A stretch of DNA of 29,031 bases from a virus (IMGVR_UViG_3300020161_000747:1-29031), one strand, 5' to 3'. Shown: positions 14,405-24,390, counted from the stretch's first letter. The notes: a model not told the origin generated them from the sequence alone. Numbers and translations are program-made.

Positions 14405-17400
14405 TCAAGCCTCCTCAATAAAGTTGCTGGTGGAGACCAGATCTTGGGCGATAACACTACGGTAGCTGGCGTCGGTGGGGAAATGGCTCGCCACGATTTC
14501 AACCAAACCTTCCGCGTCAAGGGTCAGTTGCTCCACCACGTAGGTATTGGATGAGGTGGATCCTGTGACGATGGAGAAAACTGAGCCGTATAAATCTGCC
14601 TGTGTGGTGGCGCCATTTGAAACAGTCAGCGTTCCAGCGGATACGGTCTCAGCGGGTGGGCGGTAATAAACAACGGAGTAGTTGCCGTTGGCTAAGGGTG
14701 TGGCTGAAGTGATGGCGCCAGTTTCAGAGACCACGCCGTTGTTGACGCCGCTGTAGGGGCTGGATTCTGTGATGACGCGGATGTAGGAACCGGGGGCAAG
14801 GTTCAAGCCTTGGGGCGTTGTTTTGAAACGGACGCTGTGAGTAACACGGCGACGAATCGACAAGATGTACTTTGCCGCCAGCAAGGCGTGGTCTTTACTG
14901 GTGCAGTATTGGGTCAGGTCAAAGGATTCAATACGGTCTGAAGTAGATGTTGTGTTGTTCCAGCGCAGATTGAGGGTGCGCTCTACGGGCAACTGATTTT
15001 TTGCGCCTTGGCGATAGCGCATTACAGCTTGGATGTTGTTGCGTTCTTCGCTGTTGAGGTATTCAATCGTGAACGTATCTTCGATGATGTTGCCGCTTGT
15101 GAACAGGGCGCTGATGGGGACAGCATCGGTGCTGATCCCACCCGAAGGAGTTGTGGGTATGGCAGGTACCAGGCTGAACAAGCCATCACGAATTACAAAG
15201 TTGCACAGGAAAAATGGGGCAACACTTGTGATGAAATCCCTGATGTTGGTTGCGTCAACGATGGCGCCATCAAAGAAGAGTTTGTTAGTACGCAGGAATC
15301 GGGCGACTGCCGCAAAGTCGTTAGTTTTAATCTGAGCCGGACTGATTAAAGTTCCCGCGCCAGCGACCGGATCTGTCAGTAGGTAGTAGATCAGATCGCA
15401 AAGCAGGTTGCTGGCCCCAACGGTTCCGGCTTCGTCAGGGTGGAAACGTGTAACGGGCAGTCCGTCATCTTTCCAAACACGGACCTGATCGAGCTGCGCG
15501 TAGGTTTTAGATGCCTTCAGCGCCAAGCCCATCATCACCATGTTGGTGTACTGAGGGGTGGTCGGGTTGTCTACGATTTCGTTGACGTAAACAATCTCGT
15601 GCTCTGGCGCATCGTTATTGCTCTTTTGCAGCAAGTCGCTATAGAAACTTACGTCGGCAAGTTGCGATTTGTCTTCAAAAATGCGATCTGCGTTTAGACC
15701 CGCAGGGATAACAACGGTCTGCAGTGAATCAATACGGACGTTTGGACCAAAGATCAAACCGCTTAAGTTTGGGACTGCGCCAGTTGTAAGAACAGGGTTT
15801 GTTGCTGATGCCGTTTGCTGCGCCACGAAACTTTCGTTGACTGTCCACGAACCCGTTGATCCAGCCGGATTGACGCTAATTCCGAGATCGCTCCAGATTC
15901 GTCCGAACAGCTCTACGGGCAGGAAAGAACCATTGTTAGTAATAAGTTGCGCAGACCACGTAACGCTGATTGTTTTGGAGCCGACCGTGTAAGTGCGTGT
16001 GCGTGTAGCGACTTGTCCGAGGTCGTAGCTGCCACCGCCGCTTTTGTAGTAAGGACCAAATTGTTCCCAGAGAAAAGCTTGACGCAGGCGCCTTTGGATT
16101 GTTGCGTCGTTCTGGTAATTTTCAGGTGTCCAGTACGCGATGCTTGCTGCGCTTGGCAGAGCGTAGGTAACGGAAGAATTGGTAATCTCTCCGTTTTGGG
16201 TCATCTCAAGATTAAATTCCAGCTCGGTTACATCACGTTGTTTGCCGACGCCGTAAATCTTGAAGTCGCCGTATGCAGTGGATACTGTTCTGGACAGTAG
16301 GGCGTTTGAATCAGTTAAATACCTTTGGTCTAGTTGCCAAAACAAGTCGCCCACGCCCATGTGCCGAATGGTGTTTGCGCTAGAGCGAGGTACGAATCGA
16401 AACTCCCACTGCTTTGTTTCAAAACCACCTGAACGAGGATGCTCGAAGCGCAGGAAGTTGTATAGGTCAATCGGTTGATCGCCGCTAATACAGAAACTAG
16501 CTCCCATCAATGACCACGCATATTCGTTACCGTTTGCGTCTAGTTCGGCGGGGCGTACTTGTACGGCGAAAACAGACGTACGCTGAAAATACTGCGTCAT
16601 CTGTCCATTTTGTGTAATAACTTTTTTCTTTTGTAGACGTTCAAATTCGTCTGGTTTTGGCAGATTGCTGAAATTACACAGGCCGTTGGCGTAGTTAAAT
16701 ACGCGACTTTTAAAGCCGATTTCTGTGCAGTCGCAAGTACGACTGTTACGCACCAAGCCGATTTGGGTACGCAGCAAAGGGTAGAAAGATACGGGAATGA
16801 TTGAAGTAGCGCCTTCGTTCAGGTCTGGATCACTTGTAACGCCGGTAGTGAGATAGTACGTGTTGAGGATTCCAACTTTGCGGTTGTCTCCTGGAGAACC
16901 AAGCAAATCAATGCATCGCAGTGTTATGTCTTGCGTCATGTTTTTACGTGGCATCCACAACGCTTGCGTGCGATTAACGACTTTCCACACCGTGAAGCCG
17001 ATTTGGATTGTCTCGCCTAGTTGAAGTTGTGAATCGGCGGAAATAGCTTGGGAATCTAGTTCACTGTTAATGTCATCAATTTTTACGTTTTTCATCCGAA
17101 AACCGTCATTTTCTGTGCGATCAGACCAATACAGCTCTTTGCGTAAGCGGGTTGGATCAATCCTGAACACGCAGGTATCGTTGATCGCTGCTTGCATTTC
17201 GATAAATTTAGTAGCACCAGTAGCGGTATACGTAGTGCTGCCTCGTTGCAAAGAAATAACTCCCATGCGACGGCTATACGCTCGTCCTGTTCCTTGTTGT
17301 CCTCTATTTCGTACTTTATTTTCCCAGTCGTTTGTTCTGCCCTTAAGTGCATAATCTCCTGTTACTTTGACTTGCTCCAGCACGACGGGTTTGATGTCGT

Positions 17401-18334
17401 CATCTGGGGAACCCGTTTCGATTGCAGGGTGAAGTTTAAAATTAACGCGATAATCTGTGCCGTTATAGATAGGTGAGTAGACACCAAATTGTGTGTTTGA
17501 TGAAGGTGTGTACGCTTGGCAAAATGCCGTATCGGTCAGGCTCTCGCGTGTAGGCGCAACAAATATATCAGCGTTACTTTCTGGATCGCCGGAATCTAGT
17601 GTTCCTCTGGATCCGTATCTAAAGTTGTCAGATTTGATCCGAGATGTACCGTTAAACGTACCGCTGCGCCAGTAGAAGGCGTACAGGTGTGCGTAAGCAG
17701 CATCAAGTGGAGTGCTGCCTAAGAAAATGCCGGTGAGATCTGGGCGGTCAATACCGGTTGTGCCAACGCCCTGTTCGCCTATGATGTAAAGCTGTTTGAT
17801 TGCCTGCGTTGTGCCGTAGCTGAACGCTCGTGACCACACCATCTTGGGTGTAATCAACATGCCACCAGTCGCGCCCGTATAGCGGCCAAAAATAACCGGC
17901 ACGGGATCTGCGTAGCTGGAAAGTTCAGCTAAAGAATCAAAACCGCTTGTTGGTGCAAATCGGCTGGCGCCAGTGATATTGGACAGCCTTCGTTGCCTTG
18001 TGGGGTCTTGTGCCCCAGGCATTTTGGGTTTTGGTGCTAGTAAGTAACTAGCTGCTGTAAGTGCCAGTCCAATCGCAAAACTTATGACTGCTGATGTGAT
18101 GGCCGCTGATTTAGCTGCTGTGCCCCCTGCCGCCGCCAAATATCCGGCTGCCAGCAGAGGTGCGACCGCTTGAATATCAGGAATCAGGTCGTATTCAGCA
18201 GGTCGTATTTGGGATCTTTTATACGCTTCGGCAACAAAAAATCTGTACTCGTCCTCCGTTATTCCTGCTGTTTCAATAAGCTGCCTTTCAAACGGAAGCA
18301 GTGGCAGCGTGTAACGCTTGATATAGGGCACCAT
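14405..18334 (-). CDS. Tail tip / central fibre hub protein (lambda gpJ-like)
   Basis: About 1300 aa; PVPVIFG, L.YLLTD..GAG, FFDGAI, LAPGSYIRV. Follows L-like and NlpC genes. Start at ATG 18334 is an estimate. Confidence 0.8.
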   Translation of the reverse strand: MVPYIKRYTLPLLPFERQLIETAGITEDEYRFFVAEAYKRSQIRPAEYDLIPDIQAVAPLLAAGYLAAAGGTAAKSAAITSAVISFAIGLALTAASYLLAPKPKMPGAQDPTRQRRLSNITGASRFAPTSGFDSLAELSSYADPVPVIFGRYTGATGGMLITPKMVWSRAFSYGTTQAIKQLYIIGEQGVGTTGIDRPDLTGIFLGSTPLDAAYAHLYAFYWRSGTFNGTSRIKSDNFRYGSRGTLDSGDPESNADIFVAPTRESLTDTAFCQAYTPSSNTQFGVYSPIYNGTDYRVNFKLHPAIETGSPDDDIKPVVLEQVKVTGDYALKGRTNDWENKVRNRGQQGTGRAYSRRMGVISLQRGSTTYTATGATKFIEMQAAINDTCVFRIDPTRLRKELYWSDRTENDGFRMKNVKIDDINSELDSQAISADSQLQLGETIQIGFTVWKVVNRTQALWMPRKNMTQDITLRCIDLLGSPGDNRKVGILNTYYLTTGVTSDPDLNEGATSIIPVSFYPLLRTQIGLVRNSRTCDCTEIGFKSRVFNYANGLCNFSNLPKPDEFERLQKKKVITQNGQMTQYFQRTSVFAVQVRPAELDANGNEYAWSLMGASFCISGDQPIDLYNFLRFEHPRSGGFETKQWEFRFVPRSSANTIRHMGVGDLFWQLDQRYLTDSNALLSRTVSTAYGDFKIYGVGKQRDVTELEFNLEMTQNGEITNSSVTYALPSAASIAYWTPENYQNDATIQRRLRQAFLWEQFGPYYKSGGGSYDLGQVATRTRTYTVGSKTISVTWSAQLITNNGSFLPVELFGRIWSDLGISVNPAGSTGSWTVNESFVAQQTASATNPVLTTGAVPNLSGLIFGPNVRIDSLQTVVIPAGLNADRIFEDKSQLADVSFYSDLLQKSNNDAPEHEIVYVNEIVDNPTTPQYTNMVMMGLALKASKTYAQLDQVRVWKDDGLPVTRFHPDEAGTVGASNLLCDLIYYLLTDPVAGAGTLISPAQIKTNDFAAVARFLRTNKLFFDGAIVDATNIRDFITSVAPFFLCNFVIRDGLFSLVPAIPTTPSGGISTDAVPISALFTSGNIIEDTFTIEYLNSEERNNIQAVMRYRQGAKNQLPVERTLNLRWNNTTSTSDRIESFDLTQYCTSKDHALLAAKYILSIRRRVTHSVRFKTTPQGLNLAPGSYIRVITESSPYSGVNNGVVSETGAITSATPLANGNYSVVYYRPPAETVSAGTLTVSNGATTQADLYGSVFSIVTGSTSSNTYVVEQLTLDAEGLVEIVASHFPTDASYRSVIAQDLVSTSNFIEEA

Positions 18335-18645
18335 GCGACCTTGTTCAAATGGGGATTGATGTGCAGAATTCCCGTTTGCCATGTGACCGCAAAAGTCTTG
18401 GTGTGTTGCGCTAGTAGCAGCACGTCACCATCGTACTCAGGACGGTCAACCTGTACGCCCCAGGTCAGGAGGTCTCGGGCTATTTGGCGCCAGCCGGCAG
18501 CGTACCAGTCCTGCTTGAACGCCGGCGTTGGTATCTGCAAACGCTCTAATACTGTGTAAACCAAGTGGATGCAGTCGATCTCGCCGTCAGTGCCGTCAGC
18601 ACCGAAGCGGTACTGCATACCAACTAGATCACTGCAATCTGACAC
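18259..18645 (-). CDS. NlpC/P60-like tail assembly protein (lambda gpK-like)
   Basis: LVGMQYRFGADG...IDCIHLV, GDVLL, GILH. Likely GTG start at 18645. Confidence 0.75.
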   Translation of the reverse strand: MSDCSDLVGMQYRFGADGTDGEIDCIHLVYTVLERLQIPTPAFKQDWYAAGWRQIARDLLTWGVQVDRPEYDGDVLLLAQHTKTFAVTWQTGILHINPHLNKVAWCPISSVTRCHCFRLKGSLLKQQE

Positions 18646-19096
18646 TGCTGCTGGTAGGTAGTGCGCCAACTAAAAGTTGCGTGATACGCCGCATTGGAAC
18701 GTCGGAGCCCACAGAGTCAAGGACTGTGTTCAGCGTCAGGTTCAACGTGGTTTCATCCCAGCTTCCTTCGGCTACCGCACCCACATAGGTGTGCATCAAC
18801 GTGCCCGCGCTGGTGTTGTCGGGGTTGAGGGCAAGCACGTATACCGTGGCAAGCCAACGATTCTCTAACGCGGAAATACCCCAGGATCGAGCCAGTGCAT
18901 TATTGGGAAAAACCAGCGAGGCATCCGTGTTGTCGCCGCTGCGGTTGATGCTTACTCCTGAAAATCCAAACGGAAGAAAGCTATACGTTTGACTGTTGAA
19001 CGTGGCGGTTTGGTTGATATGGAAGTTTTGGTAGCGGAATGTGTTGCCGCTTCCTTGGAGGGTTAGGTAATTGCCAACGGCAATGGTGGTGCTCAT
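18629..19096 (-). CDS. Minor tail protein (lambda gpL-like)
   Basis: YSFLPFGFSG, L.L.TVLD.V..DVP.R; immediately after the tape measure gene. Confidence 0.65.
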   Translation of the reverse strand: MSTTIAVGNYLTLQGSGNTFRYQNFHINQTATFNSQTYSFLPFGFSGVSINRSGDNTDASLVFPNNALARSWGISALENRWLATVYVLALNPDNTSAGTLMHTYVGAVAEGSWDETTLNLTLNTVLDSVGSDVPMRRITQLLVGALPTSSSVRLQ

Positions 19097-21261
19097 ACGC
19101 CGATCCTCCGGCGGGTGCTAGGGGATTGTTGCAGGCGGCGGAGTGTTTGACGTTGACCTTCAGCGGCGCCTTGGGCGGCAGCTTGCTGCATACCAGCTTG
19201 GAACTGATCGGCGGTCACGTAGTCCACGTTGTTGATCCGCTCCACGCTATAGCGAACGTCGATGGCTGCAGATGCCATTGTGGCAGTGCCGCCTGTTTCG
19301 CCGCCATCGCTGCCGGTTGGGATGACGCTGGAACCACGGGCACCGGCGGCGTAACGCCCCATCGCGCCACGCATCTTGCTGGCAGGGATGACATATTCCG
19401 CTTCGCCGCCTTCGCCGATCAGTGCGCGGGTAGGTCCGGTAACAAAACCACCTTCGGCAAAGAAACTAGGCGCACCAGCACCAAACATTGATGCTCCGCC
19501 ACCAACGCCAGCAGCAGGCATCGTCACGGGACCTTGACCGCTAAACATGCTGGGATTGCTACCCCCACCAAACAAACCAAGTAGCTGCTTAAAGGCAAAC
19601 ATGATCACCATTTGAGCAATAATCTCGGTTGCCATTTGAACAAAGGCATCACCAACACTTTTGAAGAATCCGGCCAATGCCTGTTGAGTTGATTGTGCGC
19701 CGGTCACGATTGATTGGAACGCACTACTAAAGGCGCTGCCAATTCCTTGGGCGCCAGTCATTGCCATGTTGACCGGATCAATCAATTCTTCAAAACGTTT
19801 CTTCAGCTCTTCTGTTTTCTTTGTTGCATCGTCTACTGGGCCAAGGTTGATATCCGTCCTGAATGCACCGGCGCCGCCACGTAGCGGATCACCAGCCTGA
19901 AGGCCGGCAAGCTTGTAGTACTCCTCAATTTGTTTCTTGAGTTCTTCGCTCTGCAGTTTGAGGATATCAAGGCGCCTAATCTCTTTGCTTAGCGTGGTCA
20001 GATTGATTTTCTGCTCTTCATTTTTAAGTTCACCAATTTGCTTGGCGCGATCCTCAAAGTCATACTGGATCTGCAATCGTTTGCGTTCAATCTCTGAACT
20101 TTCGTCTAGCAACGCCACTTGTCGAAAGAATTGCGTTCCAAGTTGATCGCCTGTTTTCAGTGATTGTTCCAGTTCTTTGCGTAAACGTTCGGCTTCGCGG
20201 GCAGCATCGGAAACACCGCCGCGACCTTTCCCTCCAGCACCGCCACTAGGGGCAAGCAACGGAGGCAACGCGCCACCGCCAGCCATTCTTGGTGCAGCAG
20301 CGGCAGCCCCTGCCCCCATTTCTGAAGTGACAAGAGATTTGCGCAGTCGTTCCCGATATTGCTGAACTTCTTGGTCAAATGGATTGGCGTATCGCAACGC
20401 ACCAAAACGTGTTCTTGTACGTCTATTGGCTTCTTCGTAAGCTCTTGCCTCTGCACCAATTCGAGAGGCGCTATTTAGCCTTTCAATAAGTGCGTTGACG
20501 CCATCAATCAAAAACTTAAACACCGGTTCAAAGAAAGTACCGATATTTTGCGCAAGGCGCTGGAAGGAATCTTGCAAAGTGCTGAGTTTGCCGTTTAAGG
20601 TGTCACTCTGGGCAATCGCGCCATTTGCATATTTGCCACCAGCGTCCGTCAGTTTGATGATTGCCGCTTCAACAGCTTGTGCGCTAATGCGTCCTTTTTC
20701 AAGCGCGTCTTGGAACTCCTCGCCGCTGAGCTTGTACTCATCTTTGAGTATTTTTTGCAAAGCAACTCCACGCTCTTGGAACTGCAGCAGCTCCTCCCCT
20801 TGCAGCCTGCCTTTGGCTTGCACTTGCCCATAAGCAGTCACTAAGCCCTGCAGTTCTGCGCCAGTGGCGCCACTTACGTCAGCAAGGCGGCGAGTTGTAT
20901 CTACAACTTTGCTTGTCTCAACCCCAAAAGCTTGAAGACGTTTAGCCGAATTAATAAGTTCGGAACTTGTGAATGGTGTTACCGCCCCAAGATCCTGTAA
21001 CTGTTTAACAATTTGAGTGGCTTTTTGTACGCTGCCAGTCAATACCTCAAGACTGCGTGTTTGGCTTTGAATTTCAGCGGCTTGCGTAAAAACAAACTTA
21101 ACCGCTTGAAACGCGGCGTACGCCCTGACTAGCTGCCCAACGCTATTGGTAAGACCACCAAAGGCCCGTTCTGTTTGCTGCGCCTGATTCTGGACCTCAC
21201 GCAGCTTCTGAGTCGCGCCACGGCTATCAACATTGATGGCAACGTTTGCGACGACAGACAC
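19093..21261 (-). CDS. Tape measure protein
   Basis: TPF...L...AKRLQAFG, AYGQVQAKGRLQGEELLQFQERG, LSTLQD; C-terminal FAEGGFVTGPT..LIGEGGEAEYVIP. Confidence 0.93.
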   Translation of the reverse strand: MSVVANVAINVDSRGATQKLREVQNQAQQTERAFGGLTNSVGQLVRAYAAFQAVKFVFTQAAEIQSQTRSLEVLTGSVQKATQIVKQLQDLGAVTPFTSSELINSAKRLQAFGVETSKVVDTTRRLADVSGATGAELQGLVTAYGQVQAKGRLQGEELLQFQERGVALQKILKDEYKLSGEEFQDALEKGRISAQAVEAAIIKLTDAGGKYANGAIAQSDTLNGKLSTLQDSFQRLAQNIGTFFEPVFKFLIDGVNALIERLNSASRIGAEARAYEEANRRTRTRFGALRYANPFDQEVQQYRERLRKSLVTSEMGAGAAAAAPRMAGGGALPPLLAPSGGAGGKGRGGVSDAAREAERLRKELEQSLKTGDQLGTQFFRQVALLDESSEIERKRLQIQYDFEDRAKQIGELKNEEQKINLTTLSKEIRRLDILKLQSEELKKQIEEYYKLAGLQAGDPLRGGAGAFRTDINLGPVDDATKKTEELKKRFEELIDPVNMAMTGAQGIGSAFSSAFQSIVTGAQSTQQALAGFFKSVGDAFVQMATEIIAQMVIMFAFKQLLGLFGGGSNPSMFSGQGPVTMPAAGVGGGASMFGAGAPSFFAEGGFVTGPTRALIGEGGEAEYVIPASKMRGAMGRYAAGARGSSVIPTGSDGGETGGTATMASAAIDVRYSVERINNVDYVTADQFQAGMQQAAAQGAAEGQRQTLRRLQQSPSTRRRIGV

Positions 21262-21287
21262 AGCACAACCCTTTTGCTAACAGCAGT

Positions 21288-21473
21288 CTACCGACGACGC
21301 TTCATCTGACGTTCTTGCTCTTCGTTTTGCAGCTCGAAATAGCTAGACCAAAGCAGCAGCTCCTCTAACGTCACCTCTTGATTGAGGCGAGCCAATGTAT
21401 ATCCTAGTTCCTTGGCAACCCCAAGCTGTAGGAGCAAGAGGTTGTCTTTTTTAAGATCAGCCTTTAGGGCTTT
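21288..21473 (-). CDS. Tail assembly chaperone C-terminal (T) segment, probably reached by frameshift
   Basis: Open frame KALKADLKKDNLLLLQLGVAKELGYTLARL...EELLLWSSYF..., with no ATG near its 5' end, between the chaperone and tape measure genes. Confidence 0.75.
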   Translation of the reverse strand, partial: KALKADLKKDNLLLLQLGVAKELGYTLARLNQEVTLEELLLWSSYFELQNEEQERQMKRRR

Positions 21474-21816
21474 TCATGTCGAGGTCTTTTTCTTCCTCGG
21501 GGTTAGTGATGATCGCCAGCATTAATGCTTGTAGATCGGCATCCATTACTTCGTTTTTCAGCTCAGCAATTTCACCAGTCTGAAACAGGCGCTGTCCTGC
21601 GTCGTCAACAGCTTTGGTCACTAGCAGGTTCAACGCAAACCCGTTCGGGTCATCACCGCCTGGCATCTTCTGAGCACGCTCACGCTCAGCCATGGTCAAC
21701 GGGGCGCTGAAAAACTCAAACACGTCACCGTTCGCCAATGTCACCACACGCTTGACGGGCGTCAGGTTGGCTGCCTTTTTCAGGCGGGCAAGGGCTGACG
21801 ATGCAGGTGTTGGCAT
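21457..21816 (-). CDS. Tail assembly chaperone (G)
   Basis: PLTMAERERA, KAVDDAGQRLF; lies between tail tube and tape measure. Confidence 0.85.
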   Translation of the reverse strand: MPTPASSALARLKKAANLTPVKRVVTLANGDVFEFFSAPLTMAERERAQKMPGGDDPNGFALNLLVTKAVDDAGQRLFQTGEIAELKNEVMDADLQALMLAIITNPEEEKDLDMKSPKG

Positions 21817-21847
21817 AAAAATCAGGTGTTGGCTATCACTTTAGACA

Positions 21848-21877
21848 TAAAAAAGCCCCCGATGCAACTCGGGGGCT
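21848..21877 (-). terminator. Intrinsic terminator after major tail gene
   Basis: Minus strand: AGCCCCCGA-GTTGCA-TCGGGGGCT-TTTTTA. Confidence 0.88.
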
Positions 21878-21896
21878 AAACCTTGATAGTTCAAGC

Positions 21897-22655
21897 TTAG
21901 GCAGAGGTGCTGAAATCGAAGGTCGGCACGCCAGCAGGACGGAAGGTGATTTCCACTTGCTGAGCATCGTCAGGGTTGATGTTCAGGCTTGCGGTCAGCA
22001 GTACGGCATCCATTGCGATGCTGCGGCTCAGTGCCTCAGTGCCCTGCTTGTCGGTGTACAGCTTGAAGCCGCAACCAACCTGCTGGCGTTGCAGCACGTC
22101 TTCCACCATGCGGTTGGACAGTGCAGCGTCCTCATTGGTGACGTAGATGGTGGCAGTACCGTTGCCATCAGCAAAGCCGGGGATATAAGCGCGGAAGGGC
22201 GCATACTGTCCAGCAGTTTGACCGATGGTGGTTACGTCGATTTCAGCGCGGCTGATTTCAAACGACCAAGATTGCACCTGACCAACGGCGGCGTAATCCG
22301 CGTAGTACACCTCAAATTCGTTGGGCGCTACAGCGGTGCCGTCATCGGTGATAGCCAGGATGGTGCCACCAGCAGCGGTGGAAACCGTCAGCGCACCAGT
22401 GGCAGCGGTGTAGGTCAGAACGTAGTAGGTGGTGCTGGAATCAATAGGAGATGGCAGTGTGCCGGTGCCAGAGCCGCCAGTCTGGCTATTGATGACGCGG
22501 AACTTCACCGGATCACCAGCTTTAAAGTTCAAATAAGGCTGAACAGTGATGACATCAGTGCTGGCATTGACGCCAGACTCCGGAAAGTTGCCGTTGGTGC
22601 CAGCGGGCTTGTAGTAAAGGGCGCCGGACGTACCGGACAAAACAGTGACAGCCAT
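21897..22655 (-). CDS. Major tail (tube) protein with inserted domain
   Basis: VQSWSFEISRAEIDVTTIG, RAYIPGFADGNG; followed by a terminator and the chaperones. Confidence 0.85.
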   Translation of the reverse strand: MAVTVLSGTSGALYYKPAGTNGNFPESGVNASTDVITVQPYLNFKAGDPVKFRVINSQTGGSGTGTLPSPIDSSTTYYVLTYTAATGALTVSTAAGGTILAITDDGTAVAPNEFEVYYADYAAVGQVQSWSFEISRAEIDVTTIGQTAGQYAPFRAYIPGFADGNGTATIYVTNEDAALSNRMVEDVLQRQQVGCGFKLYTDKQGTEALSRSIAMDAVLLTASLNINPDDAQQVEITFRPAGVPTFDFSTSA

Positions 22656-22679
22656 GTTTGTGAACGGTAGTGGCTACCT

Positions 22680-23099
22680 CTAGTCTAGGTAGGCTTCAAA
22701 CGTAGCAGTCAACTGAGTCTGAAAGTAAGGCTCAGGTGCTGCAGGCGTTACTTGTGCTGGTCCCGAGGCTGCGTCAAAGATAATGCTGCTGAACTTTGCG
22801 CGGTCAAACTTGTCCTTGATCCGTTCTGCAATGGTGAAGTTTGCGGCGGTGCCTTGACCCTGTGGCGTAAAGACGTTGACCACCAGCGTGCCAGTCTGAC
22901 GGTTGAAGCCAGTGCTGGGACCAAGCAGCGTGGCGTAGTTATTATCGCCAAAGCGGATGAAGACCTGCACCCATGATGTGTTGTTAGGTGGGGTGAACGG
23001 CACGTTTTGGTAGCTGACTTGGTAGGCAGGTGATAGTGCCAGCTCCGTTGCGATGCGTCCTTCAATGGCAGCGCGAACGTCGTTGTAGGTGCTGCTCAT
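22680..23099 (-). CDS. Tail terminator protein
   Basis: YQNVPFTPP, G.LVVNVFTPQGQG; position before the tail tube. Confidence 0.75.
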   Translation of the reverse strand: MSSTYNDVRAAIEGRIATELALSPAYQVSYQNVPFTPPNNTSWVQVFIRFGDNNYATLLGPSTGFNRQTGTLVVNVFTPQGQGTAANFTIAERIKDKFDRAKFSSIIFDAASGPAQVTPAAPEPYFQTQLTATFEAYLD

Positions 23100-23494
23100 G
23101 ATTCCCTCCCGATGCGGTCAGCATTAACGCGTACAAAGCCTTGGATGTCTTTGGCGATACCTTGCACCCAGCCTCCAGGAGCCTGCTTTGACCAACCTTG
23201 TGCAAGACGTTCTGCATAAGGAAGGTTGTTATGGATGCTGTAGACGTTCCCTAGTTTTTCCTGCTGGTAGCCGATTCGCTCAATTTGCGGTGTGCCTGTG
23301 TATGTACCGGGAGGTTTTTCTCCGCCTGGTGCAGCATTCTCGCCAACCTGCCAGCTAACACGAAAACGACCAGTATCAACAGGGCTGGCTGCTTTCAAGC
23401 GTGCATCAGTTTCAAAAACAGCAACACGCAATAGTTTTTCAAACTGCTGCTCAGCGTAGTTGCCGATATCACCAACTCTGATGGTGCGTGCCAT
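23096..23494 (-). CDS. HK97 gp10-like neck/tail completion protein
   Basis: SPVDTGRFRVSW, NNLPYAERL..GWSKQAP.GWV. Confidence 0.85.
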   Translation of the reverse strand: MARTIRVGDIGNYAEQQFEKLLRVAVFETDARLKAASPVDTGRFRVSWQVGENAAPGGEKPPGTYTGTPQIERIGYQQEKLGNVYSIHNNLPYAERLAQGWSKQAPGGWVQGIAKDIQGFVRVNADRIGRES

Positions 23495-23850
23495 TATGCC
23501 CTCAAGATCAACTCGTAGGTGATGGCGGTGTTGTCCTGTTCAATCGTACGCACCTCAATAATCTGATGCGTCACACTGCTAATTAGCACTTCATCAGCAG
23601 TGGTAGGCGCGTTGGCAACATCAGCAGCAGCAATCAGCAGCCGCTTGTCGCCCGCCTGAATCAGATCATTAACTTCGCTCAGCCTTACGTCTTCCAACAC
23701 GCCGCGCACAGTAGTGTCAGCAGTGGTTTCGCTAACGGTGCCTGTCGTTGTGTTGTAGGCGCCAGTGGTTATACGGCGGATAGTGGCAACACCGCCAAAC
23801 TTCAACATCAGCTTGCTGGCGGTCTTACGCAGTGATGTAGCAAGCGCCAT
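23494..23850 (-). CDS. Head closure / head-tail joining protein
   Basis: L..KFG...T..R.T.G.YN..TG, LIQAGD, YELILR. Confidence 0.75.
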   Translation of the reverse strand: MALATSLRKTASKLMLKFGGVATIRRITTGAYNTTTGTVSETTADTTVRGVLEDVRLSEVNDLIQAGDKRLLIAAADVANAPTTADEVLISSVTHQIIEVRTIEQDNTAITYELILRA

Positions 23851-23853
23851 TTG

Positions 23854-24387
23854 TTAAGCCACCTGTACTGCAGTCACAATAATGCCAGGCACAGAAGGAT
23901 GCGCCGGTCCCGAAGGGGCTGATGGCAAAGATTGAATGCTGGCAGCAACGTTGGTTGTTGACCAGATCAATTCCAAGTAATCATTGGCAGCAAGTTTTAA
24001 GACGTAATTTACGCACCCAATAACGTGACCATCGATGCCGCCATGGCTGGAGATAATGCTGAACTTGCTGTCTGATGCGGCGACATCCCCGCTGGCACCG
24101 CTGTCGTTTTTTCGTAGCCAGATGTTGATATCGTGAATTGAGGTGCTTGTATTTACAAACTGGGCGGAATAAGTGACGCTGTAAACGCCTGCTCTGGAAA
24201 ACGTGATTCGTGATCCAGAAACGATGCTGATTCCACGGCTATCAGGATCAGTTGAGTTGATACCAATCGAATAGTCAGTATTAGCAAGCGTCGCAATCTG
24301 TTGAGTCGTATCGTAAAACGACCCCCACAGCATTTGATTGCGTACGGTATCAAGCTGACTTGTAAATGGGTTGAGCTTGAACGCCAT
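23854..24387 (-). CDS. Beta-sandwich (C1q/TNF-like) virion protein candidate
   Basis: GSFYDT, ITFSRAGVYSVTYSAQF, LAANDYLEL.W. Confidence 0.6.
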   Translation of the reverse strand: MAFKLNPFTSQLDTVRNQMLWGSFYDTTQQIATLANTDYSIGINSTDPDSRGISIVSGSRITFSRAGVYSVTYSAQFVNTSTSIHDINIWLRKNDSGASGDVAASDSKFSIISSHGGIDGHVIGCVNYVLKLAANDYLELIWSTTNVAASIQSLPSAPSGPAHPSVPGIIVTAVQVA

Positions 24388-24390
24388 TGC

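Noticed and set aside
16000-18300. Apparently AT-richer stretch in the tail tip gene as a recent acquisition
   Set aside because: Visual impression only; needs a GC and codon-usage computation.
11406-18672. TAGT...ACTA with 5- or 6-bp spacers (11406-11418, 18038-18050, 18659-18672)
   Set aside because: Wrong spacer length and inside coding sequence. Treated as background, which also shows that such short arms arise by chance.
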